This document shows positions 47,664 through 57,165 of a stretch of DNA of 64,000 nt, one piece after another. The first letter of the stretch is position 1. Every line of letters begins with the position of its first letter. The stretch covers positions 11,196-75,195 of the forward strand of contig CALKCX010000008.1 of the NCBI GenBank assembly GCA_938083015.1, read 5' to 3'. The notes below the pieces were generated by a model. That model made no database searches and was not told the DNA's origin. It was given only the letters and a program-made list of their open reading frames with translations. The translations under genes and the position numbers were made by a program. The DNA comes from an uncultured Candidatus Micrarchaeota archaeon (GTDB taxonomy: Archaea; Micrarchaeota; Micrarchaeia; Anstonellales; J096).

Positions 47664-50044
47664 AATAGTTTAATCTTTTCCAAATATTCGTCTAATGTTA
47701 TTAACTGTACTTTATCATTTCTAACATATTGTATTATCATCATTCCAAGATTATTACTATAAAGCTGACTTTGAAGATCTTTTAGATCGAAATAATCTTT
47801 GGTTATAACTATTACTTCTCCATATTGATTAAGGGCATCGAGAATACTTTTAAATATACTATTGACTTTAGAGCTATCATATAGATATACTATACCTTCT
47901 CCATATTCGCTTATATATTTGACTGCACTTTCCTTTTGTAAATCTAATTCATACAGTATTCCATATTCTAGACCTGTATCTCTTAATATTCTATACATTA
48001 CCAATTGTTCTACATTTAATCCACTTTTTGATTCCCAATCTGCAAGTATATAATAATCTCGATACTTTTTCAATACCCCTCTAAGAACATAGGTATTTAA
48101 TGTTACTGATAAAGAATTATAATCGATTACTCCTGTTTCAAGATTAATATCAATACTGCTAAGACCTTCAGATATCTCTTTTTCTGTAAGAGGTACGTAT
48201 TTCCATTTATAATAACTTTCTACATATTCAAATAGTTTTCTCAATTTATCTTCATCCAATCTATACTCTTGAGTATCTATAGGTGGGAAAACATCTGGAA
48301 TATCTATACTGTATGTTATCGGTGGTCTTGGTTTAAGAAAATTAGATCCAAATACGATTAATACTGATATTACAATAGTAGCTAGACCGAGAGGATTTCC
48401 TAATATTAGTCTATCTATAGATGTTCTAGGTAATACTCTAAATGTTGCCTGATATTCAATATTCTTAATATTAAATGTTATAGTATAATTGCCTACTGGT
48501 AAAGGTTGATCCAAATTTATAGTTATGCCAGAACTATCGACAAATCTTTCTTCTCTAATTTTTTCTTCCCAAGGTAATTTAAATTTAACATTATCTACGT
48601 AAACAGGACTACCGTCAAAAGAATAGAAGTATATTTTAAGAAATCTACCTTGTCTATTATCAAAATACTGAGCTTTTGGATATACACTAGAAGCTACTAC
48701 TATACTTCTAGATAATAATACGCCTGTTGTTTCCCTTAATTCTATCATATAAGTACCTTCTTCAAGATTAAGAGATCTTCTGTATTCTGTAGATATCTTT
48801 GGTTCAATATTACCAACGGCAAACGAAGCTAATTTTGAATTTGAAACATTATACAAAATCAATTCTAGATTTCTACGTTCAGTTCTAAGACCGTAAGGTT
48901 CATATCTAACATCAAATGCTTGTTCAGTCTTTGGTAAAAAGAACCTATCTTTTGCCAATACTGCACCTCTACTAAATGGATATATATTGGAAACTAGTAA
49001 AAATGGTTTATAAGGATCAATTGATCGAATGTAAACATTAGGTCTAATCTTATCTAAGTTTATTACTAAAAATCTATGTCCTGGATTAATAGAAGTAGTT
49101 GATCTTGGTCCTGATATTCCATTTATCCATGCCCCATTTTCTAAATGTAGCTTCAATATTTCATATGCTTTTTCTACACTTTCAAGTATTTCATCATTTA
49201 AATCTACAGGATAAAACAAATATAATTTCGATCTTCCTTCATCATAGAAATAGCTTAGAAAATCAAATACTGCTGAATCTGGTATCATATAGTTTACTCT
49301 AAAAGATGAACTACCTAATATATAAGCTATTATTGGGTTTTTTTCACTTTTTTTATTCTGAATTAATGGAAAAACAAATAGATTATGAGAAATGGGCGAA
49401 GATAATGGATCTGGTTTGTAAAAAGCTGGTAATCTAGAAGATATGAATATGAAGTTAAGTTTCTTATTAGAATTTTGAATAACATCGTATACTTTTTTAT
49501 CAAGTACCTGTCCAAAATGTAATACAAAAGCACCATTAGGTAAGCTATCTATTTGTTCTGGTTCTATAATTCTAAATTTGTAATCCATATACTGCGTTAA
49601 TTCATACATTGCATTTTCATATTGTTCACCTCCAGATTTGAGAAGATAAAATTCTTTGATAATAGGATGATCCGAAGCTACAATTTGTACATCATAGCTA
49701 ATGTTTTTATCATTATCAATATTAAAAACAGGTAATAAAGCAGAGCTACCTAAGGTACCGAAATGTGCATAGAAAGCTTCTAATATCTCAGGAGGATCGT
49801 AAATTACAGGTTCAACGTTGATTATATTTTGCAAACTTAACAATTGTAAAAACCCATAAAACAATAAACCTAAGAAAAACAATACTGAAACTATACTAAT
49901 TATAAATCCTGTATTGTCTTTATCTTTGATTTTTGTAAAATATCTCTTTTCAAATTCTTCTTTACTAACTTTACCTGTATATTGTTTAATTACCTGTATT
50001 TTAAACAACTTGGCCACAAAATTTTTAACTATTTGAAACCTCAC
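47660..50044 (-). CDS. Large membrane protein: TM, about 480-aa beta-rich ectodomain, TM, about 220-aa C-terminal domain
   Basis: Hydrophobic helices FIISIVSVLFFLGLLFYGFLQLL and LILGNPLGLATIVISVLIVFG; Ig-like strands (EGTYMIEL, VGNYTITF); last gene of the ATPase operon. Confidence 0.7.
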   Translation of the reverse strand: MRFQIVKNFVAKLFKIQVIKQYTGKVSKEEFEKRYFTKIKDKDNTGFIISIVSVLFFLGLLFYGFLQLLSLQNIINVEPVIYDPPEILEAFYAHFGTLGSSALLPVFNIDNDKNISYDVQIVASDHPIIKEFYLLKSGGEQYENAMYELTQYMDYKFRIIEPEQIDSLPNGAFVLHFGQVLDKKVYDVIQNSNKKLNFIFISSRLPAFYKPDPLSSPISHNLFVFPLIQNKKSEKNPIIAYILGSSSFRVNYMIPDSAVFDFLSYFYDEGRSKLYLFYPVDLNDEILESVEKAYEILKLHLENGAWINGISGPRSTTSINPGHRFLVINLDKIRPNVYIRSIDPYKPFLLVSNIYPFSRGAVLAKDRFFLPKTEQAFDVRYEPYGLRTERRNLELILYNVSNSKLASFAVGNIEPKISTEYRRSLNLEEGTYMIELRETTGVLLSRSIVVASSVYPKAQYFDNRQGRFLKIYFYSFDGSPVYVDNVKFKLPWEEKIREERFVDSSGITINLDQPLPVGNYTITFNIKNIEYQATFRVLPRTSIDRLILGNPLGLATIVISVLIVFGSNFLKPRPPITYSIDIPDVFPPIDTQEYRLDEDKLRKLFEYVESYYKWKYVPLTEKEISEGLSSIDINLETGVIDYNSLSVTLNTYVLRGVLKKYRDYYILADWESKSGLNVEQLVMYRILRDTGLEYGILYELDLQKESAVKYISEYGEGIVYLYDSSKVNSIFKSILDALNQYGEVIVITKDYFDLKDLQSQLYSNNLGMMIIQYVRNDKVQLITLDEYLEKIKLF

Positions 50045-50736
50045 TAATCAATCACCTTTAAGTATTTTTCCTTTACTAAAAAGTCAAGATTATCGTTTAC
50101 TCTACTTTCAGGAAGATTGTAATACTTAGCAAATTCTATAGTATTGATATAACCATTATTCTCTTTTATCCATTCTATTAGTTTTTCTCTAATCATATCA
50201 TCACTCATAGATTCGTATTTTCTTAATTTTAACATAGCTTTCTCTAATTCTTCACTAGTTTCTATCAATTTTCTTTCTATTTCAGCTTTTTCAATCTCTA
50301 ATTTTGCCAATCTCTTTTCAAGAGTATTTATCTGAGTCCTAAGTTGTTCTACTTTCATCAATTCTTCTTTAACATTTGAAGGTACTGATTGAAAGATATC
50401 ATTGATAGCATAGTCAATTATCTTAATCATATCCGATATATCAAGATCGTAATAGCTGGCAACTTGACTTATAATAGGTATTGCCTTTTTTATAACATCC
50501 CATCTTCTAAATGCTTCTTCATATCCGACTTCAGTATAACTTATTTCTATACTATCTTGTCCAAAATGTAATATGTAATAACTTTCAGGATTACCGTTTA
50601 CATCTTTACGTTCTAAATAAGCTACTTCTATACTATCTCCTCTTTCTAAATAGTAAAATCCGGTCATAGATTTTAATATAGATTTTATCCTATCCAGACT
50701 TTTCAGTTTGGCCTTTATCGTTATTTTCTTTGCCAT
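50044..50736 (-). CDS. Coiled-coil protein with C-terminal winged-helix-like domain
   Basis: Heptad stretch VEQLRTQINTLEKRLAKLE...; IREKLIEWIKENNG.IN..EFAKYYNLP..RV...LD.LV...YL. Confidence 0.65.
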   Translation of the reverse strand: MAKKITIKAKLKSLDRIKSILKSMTGFYYLERGDSIEVAYLERKDVNGNPESYYILHFGQDSIEISYTEVGYEEAFRRWDVIKKAIPIISQVASYYDLDISDMIKIIDYAINDIFQSVPSNVKEELMKVEQLRTQINTLEKRLAKLEIEKAEIERKLIETSEELEKAMLKLRKYESMSDDMIREKLIEWIKENNGYINTIEFAKYYNLPESRVNDNLDFLVKEKYLKVID

Positions 50737-51124
50737 CAACATCACCTATAGTTTCAGGTTCAGAGTGAATATCAGGAATATATCTTGTATATACTACAGC
50801 GAATAGTACTAATAATGTTATCAATATTAAACTTATTAAAGAATTTATAGCTTGATTAAGATTAGCTCCGTTTAATATAGACAATATTCCTGTAAACCAG
50901 ATTAAAGCTACTAATACAGATGCCCACATTAGAGATTTCTCAAACTCTTTTCTTCTTTTTTTATAGTCTTCTAGGTTTTGTTTTGATACATACAATTCAT
51001 TACCTTGATATGTTTTCAACATCTTCTTTATATTGGCGAGAGTGTTTATAATAAAATCTTTTTTTATACGATAAGCTTGACTTCCAGGTGCTAGAGGTTC
51101 TTTCGATATAATATCTATTTTCAT
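50690..51124 (-). CDS. Small two-TM membrane protein
   Basis: Two hydrophobic helices (LMWASVLVALIWFTGILSIL; LISLILITLLVLFAVVY); GAGGTGA SD. Confidence 0.7.
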   Translation of the reverse strand: MKIDIISKEPLAPGSQAYRIKKDFIINTLANIKKMLKTYQGNELYVSKQNLEDYKKRRKEFEKSLMWASVLVALIWFTGILSILNGANLNQAINSLISLILITLLVLFAVVYTRYIPDIHSEPETIGDVDGKENNDKGQTEKSG

Positions 51125-52677
51125 GGTTTCACCTCTATAATTCTCTCTCCACCTTTAATTTTTATTTGAGCTCTTTGAATGGCCTTTGCTATAGTTTGAT
51201 CTTCAACTCCTAATTCTTTTAAGAATTCTATAATATCTTTTCTCTCCACTCCTTCTAATAACATCAATCTTACGAATTCTATTATATCTAATCTATTGTT
51301 ATTCTTCTCAAACATATTGCTCATGTTTTCAATTACCTTCATATCCATTCCCATCATCTTAAGTTTAGATCTAAATTGTTCTCTAGTCATTGATACACTT
51401 CCCATAGTATCACCTTCAATAACATTTAACATGATAAAGTAATCTTTTACTATCTCTTCTCCTTCTATCTTTTTTATTAAAACAGTATTTGAAAAGTTTC
51501 CAGATATGTAATAAGAGAGATACATTGCAGCTTGTCCTACTCCAAAAGATTGTATTTTTTCTCTAATAAAATCACTAAATCTAAGACTTCCTTGAAGATA
51601 ATTTAAATAATTTTCAAATTTTACCTTTAATATCAACACAGTACCGCTGTTACTAAAAATGGCCTCTGCTATATCTGTTGGGTTTTGACTAGCTATTATC
51701 ATACTAAATCCATACTTTCTTCCTTCTCTGACAATCATGACAACATCACTGTTTTCCTCTTTACTAATCTTCCAAGCTTCATCTATAACCACAAATAATC
51801 TAACACCTTTAACTTTTCTAAAGTCTTCTGTTCTCATCTTTTCTTTTATGAATTGTAATACAGTTAAAGCACCTAAAGCACGCATTGTCTCATTAGGTAA
51901 AGTAGATAAATCTAAATCTACTAAACCTGAAGTTATAAGTTCATCTAATGATACTGTACTTTTATTAGCAAAGTAATCATCACCAGGTCTTGTAAATTGT
52001 TTTAACTTATGTACAAGAGTTTGTATTTCTCTTTTTATATATGGATTAGATTCTAATTCTATCTTTTCTTCTAAAAGCTTTACCACGTCTTTTAATGTAG
52101 GCGGTTCTAAAGGTCTACCAAGGGGATCAAATTGTTCATTCGAATCTAATTTAAATCCGGCATTAGAATAAGCTGTTTCTAAGGCCCATTCTAATAATCT
52201 CTTTTGTTCTTCTTCTGCCGATATCCCTATTAGAAGATTTAAAGTCTCAACGATTTGCTGTATTCTAGCATATGGTTTCATTCCACCTAAATCCATGATA
52301 TTAAGATAATTCCCCCCACCTAAAGATAATACCTTACCATTAGTCTGCATTACCCAATCTTTATATTCTCCTGCCCAATCTATTATTATTGCATTTGCAT
52401 TCCAAACATAACTGGCCCGAAGTAGGAAAGTTTTAATTGTAAAAGATTTACCAGATCCACTAATACCTACTATGACTATATGAGGATTAGTTAAATACTT
52501 AGGATTCCAATATACAGGAGTATTTAAAAATTCCGTTACACCTAAATATATTCCATCTGTTGGATTACTAAACAATAATTCAGGAGGAGGTTGAGGTAGG
52601 TATTGTAAAGGCACTCTAGCTGCTATTTCAGAATTATTTATTTCATTGAACTTTAAATTTCCCCCCAATACGCCCAT
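51121..52677 (-). CDS. VirB4/HerA (DUF87) family ATPase
   Basis: IYLG...PV.W....TNPHIVIVGISGSGKS, IID..GEY, PPTL.DV, DLS.L, VVIDEAW, REGRKYG....ASQ; ATG 52677 after GGTGT SD. Confidence 0.9.
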   Translation of the reverse strand: MGVLGGNLKFNEINNSEIAARVPLQYLPQPPPELLFSNPTDGIYLGVTEFLNTPVYWNPKYLTNPHIVIVGISGSGKSFTIKTFLLRASYVWNANAIIIDWAGEYKDWVMQTNGKVLSLGGGNYLNIMDLGGMKPYARIQQIVETLNLLIGISAEEEQKRLLEWALETAYSNAGFKLDSNEQFDPLGRPLEPPTLKDVVKLLEEKIELESNPYIKREIQTLVHKLKQFTRPGDDYFANKSTVSLDELITSGLVDLDLSTLPNETMRALGALTVLQFIKEKMRTEDFRKVKGVRLFVVIDEAWKISKEENSDVVMIVREGRKYGFSMIIASQNPTDIAEAIFSNSGTVLILKVKFENYLNYLQGSLRFSDFIREKIQSFGVGQAAMYLSYYISGNFSNTVLIKKIEGEEIVKDYFIMLNVIEGDTMGSVSMTREQFRSKLKMMGMDMKVIENMSNMFEKNNNRLDIIEFVRLMLLEGVERKDIIEFLKELGVEDQTIAKAIQRAQIKIKGGERIIEVKP

Positions 52678-52678
52678 G

Positions 52679-53506
52679 TTATACACCTTGTTGTTTTGGA
52701 CTAACTTTGCCTATCTCTTTATACATTTCATCAGTATTTGTAGGTATAATATATTCCATTTCAAGTACTTTTAACAAATCTGGGCCTTTTATTTCATAAG
52801 CTTCTGCTCTTAAAGCTGTTTGCATCTGAGTTTTCAATTCATCCATATCTGCTTTACTTTTTTCTATAACTTCGTCTTTACTATTACCTTTAACAGTAAC
52901 CTGACAATATATTATTATGTCCATAGGTCTTAATCCCTGTTCTAATCTTTGTATCTGTTGATTCCAATATGCCTTTTCTCTCTCTAGTCTTTCTATAGTT
53001 AACAAATCCGGAGATGGAGATTCTCTAGCTTTTTGCAGTCTTAAAGATATTTCACTTCTCTTAGTTTCTAATTCTTTCTTCTTTGCACTGATATCTATAG
53101 AATACATCAAGTATGATATTTTGAAAGGTTTTTTATAATTTATCACAGCTTGTTCAAATTGTTTCTTCAAAGTCATTACTCCGTCAGGGTTATCAGAAAA
53201 AGCTTCGTATAATTTTAGACCAAAAAATCTACTTGCATAGTATTCGTCACCTACTTGTTTGATTACAACATCCATACTTGGAGGGATTTCATGTTTAGTG
53301 TGATTCATTACAATTACTACATTTTTAAGTTTAGCTAAGAATGGAAATGTTTGATCACCGTAAAGAAGCATCATAGCTACTATTATTGTAGACAATGCCG
53401 TTATTACTAATATTATTGGATTATTAAATGTAAATGCTAATAACAATGATACTACTGCTATTCCTATAACAATGTATTTTTGAGTATTAGTATCACCGGG
53501 TAACAT
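52679..53506 (-). CDS. Membrane protein resembling the N-terminal (non-ATPase) half of VirB4/TraC-type proteins
   Basis: Two N-terminal TM helices, alpha/beta domain split by a coiled coil, Y.QVTV.G.S.DE..E......L...L.....G..L pattern; directly upstream of the ATPase. Confidence 0.55.
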   Translation of the reverse strand: MLPGDTNTQKYIVIGIAVVSLLLAFTFNNPIILVITALSTIIVAMMLLYGDQTFPFLAKLKNVVIVMNHTKHEIPPSMDVVIKQVGDEYYASRFFGLKLYEAFSDNPDGVMTLKKQFEQAVINYKKPFKISYLMYSIDISAKKKELETKRSEISLRLQKARESPSPDLLTIERLEREKAYWNQQIQRLEQGLRPMDIIIYCQVTVKGNSKDEVIEKSKADMDELKTQMQTALRAEAYEIKGPDLLKVLEMEYIIPTNTDEMYKEIGKVSPKQQGV

Positions 53507-53552
53507 CAAATTTCACCTAATATTATAAAAAAGATAACTATTTAAAAAACAT

Positions 53553-55265
53553 ATGTTGTTCATTGATCTATGTAAGATATTGGAAAGAATAGCAGAAGAT
53601 AGGGGAAGACTTAGAATAATAAGCATATTATCAGAATTATTTTCTAATATATCTCCTAATGAAGCAAAAATAGTAAGTTATCTTATAATTGGTCAAATAG
53701 CTCCACCTTATGTAAAATTAGAATTAGGGGTATCGTCGAATACTATTTTAAATGCCTTATCTCAAGTCTCTGGTATAGATAAGACTAAATTAGAAAATAT
53801 GTTAAGACGAGTTGGAGATATCGGAGATCTTACTTATAAAGTTCTTGAAAATAGAAAATTAAGATTATTAGATGAAAACAGATATCTAAGTTTAGATTAC
53901 GTATTTAATATTTTACATAAAATAGCTAGAGATAGTTCAATAAAAGTTAAAACAGATTTATTAGTATCTTTATTTGGTAGAATTTCTAGTTTAGAAGGTA
54001 AGTATTTAGCTAGATTAATTGTAAATAAAACTAGAGTTGCCATAGGTGTTGCAACAGTATTAGATAGTTTAGCTACTGCTAAAAATCTTGATAAAGAACG
54101 TGTAAGAAAAATATACTATATGACATCTGATATAGGTGAAACGACTTATAGAATACTGTCTAATAACCTTGATATTGATATCAATCTTTATCGTCCTATA
54201 CAGCCTGCATTAGCTGAAAGAGTAAAAGATAGTCAAGAGATGTTAGAAAAGTCTCCAGAATTGTTTGTAGAATATAAATACGATGGATTTAGAATACAAT
54301 TGCACAAAGGAGATGATGTAAAAATATTCTCAAGGAAATTAGAAGATATAACTGATCTTCTACCAGAAATTGTCGAAGATTCAAAAAAATATCCAGGTAA
54401 ATTTATAGTTGAAGGTGAGGCCGTTTCTATATTAGATGGAAAACCATTGCCATTTCAAGAGATTATAAAGAGAAAGAGAAAGTATAACATTGATGAGTAC
54501 ATTGATATAATACCAATTCATGTTTATTTATTCGATATATTATATTTAGATGGGCAAAAATTGATAGATCTTCCTTTTCGAGATAGAAGGGCAATATTAG
54601 AAAATTTTGTAAATAATAATTTTAGTAGACTTAAACTTAGTTACGGTAAATACACATCGAGTAAACAAGAGATAGACGATATATTTCAAAGATCAATAGC
54701 TGAACATATGGAAGGAATTATTGGTAAAAAACCAGATGCCCCGTATACTCCTGGTCAGAGAAATCATAATTGGATGAAGTTAAAACATGGTAAAGATACT
54801 ATAGACGCTGTAATAGTAGGCTATTTTTATGGTCAAGGTAGATTAAAAGGTTATCCTGGCTCTTTATTGATATGTGTATATGATGAAGATAATGATGAAT
54901 ATCAAACTATAGCAAAGGTATCTTCTGGATTATCAGAAGAAGAATTAATAGAGCTAAGTAATAAATTAATAGCTACTAATAGACCAGGTATAGGAATTGT
55001 ATCAAACATTGAACCGGATGTATGGGTGGAACCAGATGTTGTAGTAGAAGTAACCTATGATGAAATTACCTTATCGCCAGTACATACATGTGCAAAAGAC
55101 GTATTTAAAAATAGAGGTCTTGCATTAAGATTTCCAAGAATAATTAGAATAAGAGACGATAAGTCTATATATGAGGTAACAAGAGTTTCAGAAATGATAT
55201 CTTTGTATAAATCACAAGGACCAAGGCGACAAGTAGAATTGGAAGAAAAGGAAGAGTCTTTTTAA
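53553..55265 (+). CDS. lig: ATP-dependent DNA ligase
   Basis: EYKYDGFRIQ.H, EGE, FDILY, EGII.K, WMKLK, LRFPR. Confidence 0.97.
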   Translation: MLFIDLCKILERIAEDRGRLRIISILSELFSNISPNEAKIVSYLIIGQIAPPYVKLELGVSSNTILNALSQVSGIDKTKLENMLRRVGDIGDLTYKVLENRKLRLLDENRYLSLDYVFNILHKIARDSSIKVKTDLLVSLFGRISSLEGKYLARLIVNKTRVAIGVATVLDSLATAKNLDKERVRKIYYMTSDIGETTYRILSNNLDIDINLYRPIQPALAERVKDSQEMLEKSPELFVEYKYDGFRIQLHKGDDVKIFSRKLEDITDLLPEIVEDSKKYPGKFIVEGEAVSILDGKPLPFQEIIKRKRKYNIDEYIDIIPIHVYLFDILYLDGQKLIDLPFRDRRAILENFVNNNFSRLKLSYGKYTSSKQEIDDIFQRSIAEHMEGIIGKKPDAPYTPGQRNHNWMKLKHGKDTIDAVIVGYFYGQGRLKGYPGSLLICVYDEDNDEYQTIAKVSSGLSEEELIELSNKLIATNRPGIGIVSNIEPDVWVEPDVVVEVTYDEITLSPVHTCAKDVFKNRGLALRFPRIIRIRDDKSIYEVTRVSEMISLYKSQGPRRQVELEEKEESF

Positions 55266-55788
55266 TAATTACTTGTTTACCAAGATTATTATAAACGTAT
55301 TCTTTATCTATAAGCTTTCCGTCTATGGTAACCTCTCCTATTAGATTATAATCTACTTTTTTAATTTCATATAATTTATCTTTGAATAGAATTATGCCTA
55401 GGTAAGACAATAGAATTGAAAAAAATGGATTTAAAAACATTACAATCAACACAAAAATTGTATAGGAAATACTATAACTAACTGAAATGGCCAATATAGA
55501 AGATATTATAAGAACATCGATAAAATATATGTTAAGATGAATTGCCAATACAGGTAATATTAAGACCTCTGCATCTCCGAATACATTTAATTTATATAGT
55601 AAATAAGCTAATAGAGTATAAATTACAATATATACTAATGAATCTGTTATAAAGGCCTGGTATATACCTATGCCATACATAAACCATACTAAAAAATCAG
55701 GTACATTCTTATTGTTTTTTATATCGTAATATGACAATATGGCCAATATAGATAAGTATATTATACTAAATATATCAAAATTGGACAT
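55165..55788 (-). CDS. Prepilin/preflagellin peptidase (A24, PibD/FlaK-like)
   Basis: Multi-TM; YDIK....VPD and FGDA aspartate motifs; C-terminal LPFLP. Confidence 0.8.
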   Translation of the reverse strand: MSNFDIFSIIYLSILAILSYYDIKNNKNVPDFLVWFMYGIGIYQAFITDSLVYIVIYTLLAYLLYKLNVFGDAEVLILPVLAIHLNIYFIDVLIISSILAISVSYSISYTIFVLIVMFLNPFFSILLSYLGIILFKDKLYEIKKVDYNLIGEVTIDGKLIDKEYVYNNLGKQVIIKKTLPFLPILLVALVLVIYTKISFLKLLLPHI

Positions 55789-56458
55789 CTATTAACATTT
55801 GATATAATTTTCCATCTATTTTTCCTAATCCGTATAATAACTCTAAACTCATCTGGTAAAGAGTTTTGTTTTTAGCTAAAAATATCTTGTAAGTCTGGGC
55901 AGCTTTATAAGCATTTATAGACATCAATACCATATTCCATTTATCGTATATATGTTCAGTTACACTTAGTATATTTAAATTCTCATCGATTATCAATTCT
56001 AATACTTTACCATCATGTTCATCTCTAAACGCATAGATCATATCTAAAAACATAGACATCCAATCTCTCTCTTCATCTTTAAGGTATTTCATAGCAGCTT
56101 CCTTTACATTATCTAACATATCATCTCTGCCTAGTATTATAATATTATTGATTAACATAACATAATAATCCAATATCTCTATACCTTTATCTAATAATCT
56201 ATATAAATTATCTAATCTTTCAACGTCATCTTCTATTACTATAGAAGATATGAATTCTCTATATTCTGGTGGCATTGACATGTAAATTTGATTGGCCAAA
56301 TCATATTCTTCAAGATCTAGATAAGCTCGATACAATAGATACGCCTCGTTTATAGATTTTGGTTCTGATAATAATTCTATTACACCTTCCAAATATATTT
56401 TATTGCCGGTTGATTTAAATAAATTGTAATAAGACTTGGCCAATCTATATTCGTTCAT
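55775..56458 (-). CDS. Hypothetical helical (TPR-like) protein
   Basis: 227-aa helical ORF within the operon. Confidence 0.55.
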   Translation of the reverse strand: MNEYRLAKSYYNLFKSTGNKIYLEGVIELLSEPKSINEAYLLYRAYLDLEEYDLANQIYMSMPPEYREFISSIVIEDDVERLDNLYRLLDKGIEILDYYVMLINNIIILGRDDMLDNVKEAAMKYLKDEERDWMSMFLDMIYAFRDEHDGKVLELIIDENLNILSVTEHIYDKWNMVLMSINAYKAAQTYKIFLAKNKTLYQMSLELLYGLGKIDGKLYQMLIDVQF

Positions 56459-57165
56459 GGTAACAATATACTACCTTGATGATCTTGATCTTGTATTATC
56501 TTCACAATATTCTCTATATTTGCATTTGTAAAATATATAGGTATACGTGATCTCTTTGCTATCTTTAAAGCGAATATATCAAATACGAAATTCTCTCCAG
56601 CTCTTCTCTCATCAAAATTATTTGCTATTTTAATAAATTCATCTATAGTTGTAGTTTTAATCAATTTTGCATCTTGATGTATATTAGGATTTTTATCGTA
56701 TAAATAAGCAGTATTAGATATGTTTATAATCTTACTAGCTCTTATAGATTCGGCAATTAAAGCAGCTACAGCATCAGTAGTAATACCAGGGAAAAAACCA
56801 CCACTGCATAACCAATCGTATTGATTTATAGCTATAGAGGCCTCTTCTGCATTGTATAAAAGTTTAGGATAAACTAATAGATCTTTCAATGAATATAAAA
56901 TTAAGGTTGCGTTTTTTCTAGTTTCCCATATTGCCAACATATCATTTTCATATTCTGTTAATCCTAATCTTCTTCCTTCTTCGATAAACTCTCTAGCTAG
57001 TCCACCACCACCTACTACAATTGCCCCTTTTATGTTTTGTAAGCTTTTTATAAAATTCAAGAATAGTTGTATGAATTCATGGTTTATACCTTTACCTTTC
57101 TCGTAGAATACACTTCCTCCTAAAGAAAAGACCAATCTATTCGAATATGATTGTTGTTGTTTCAT
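56455..57165 (-). CDS. pyrH: Archaeal UMP kinase
   Basis: SLGGS, VVGGG.LAR, PG.TTDAVAA..AE, YDKNP, FD..A. Confidence 0.93.
   Translation of the reverse strand: MKQQQSYSNRLVFSLGGSVFYEKGKGINHEFIQLFLNFIKSLQNIKGAIVVGGGGLAREFIEEGRRLGLTEYENDMLAIWETRKNATLILYSLKDLLVYPKLLYNAEEASIAINQYDWLCSGGFFPGITTDAVAALIAESIRASKIINISNTAYLYDKNPNIHQDAKLIKTTTIDEFIKIANNFDERRAGENFVFDIFALKIAKRSRIPIYFTNANIENIVKIIQDQDHQGSILLP

Noticed and set aside
51121..52677. HerA anti-phage system (Sir2-HerA/Nezha type) or repair HerA
   Set aside because: No Sir2, NurA or nuclease partner is adjacent; neighbours are membrane proteins and the N-terminus is too short for a HAS barrel
6064..55265. Inteins in DP1, the Lon ATPase or DNA ligase
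   Set aside because: Lengths are normal or short and no C...HN splice junctions were seen; the Lon insert is a short Zn ribbon
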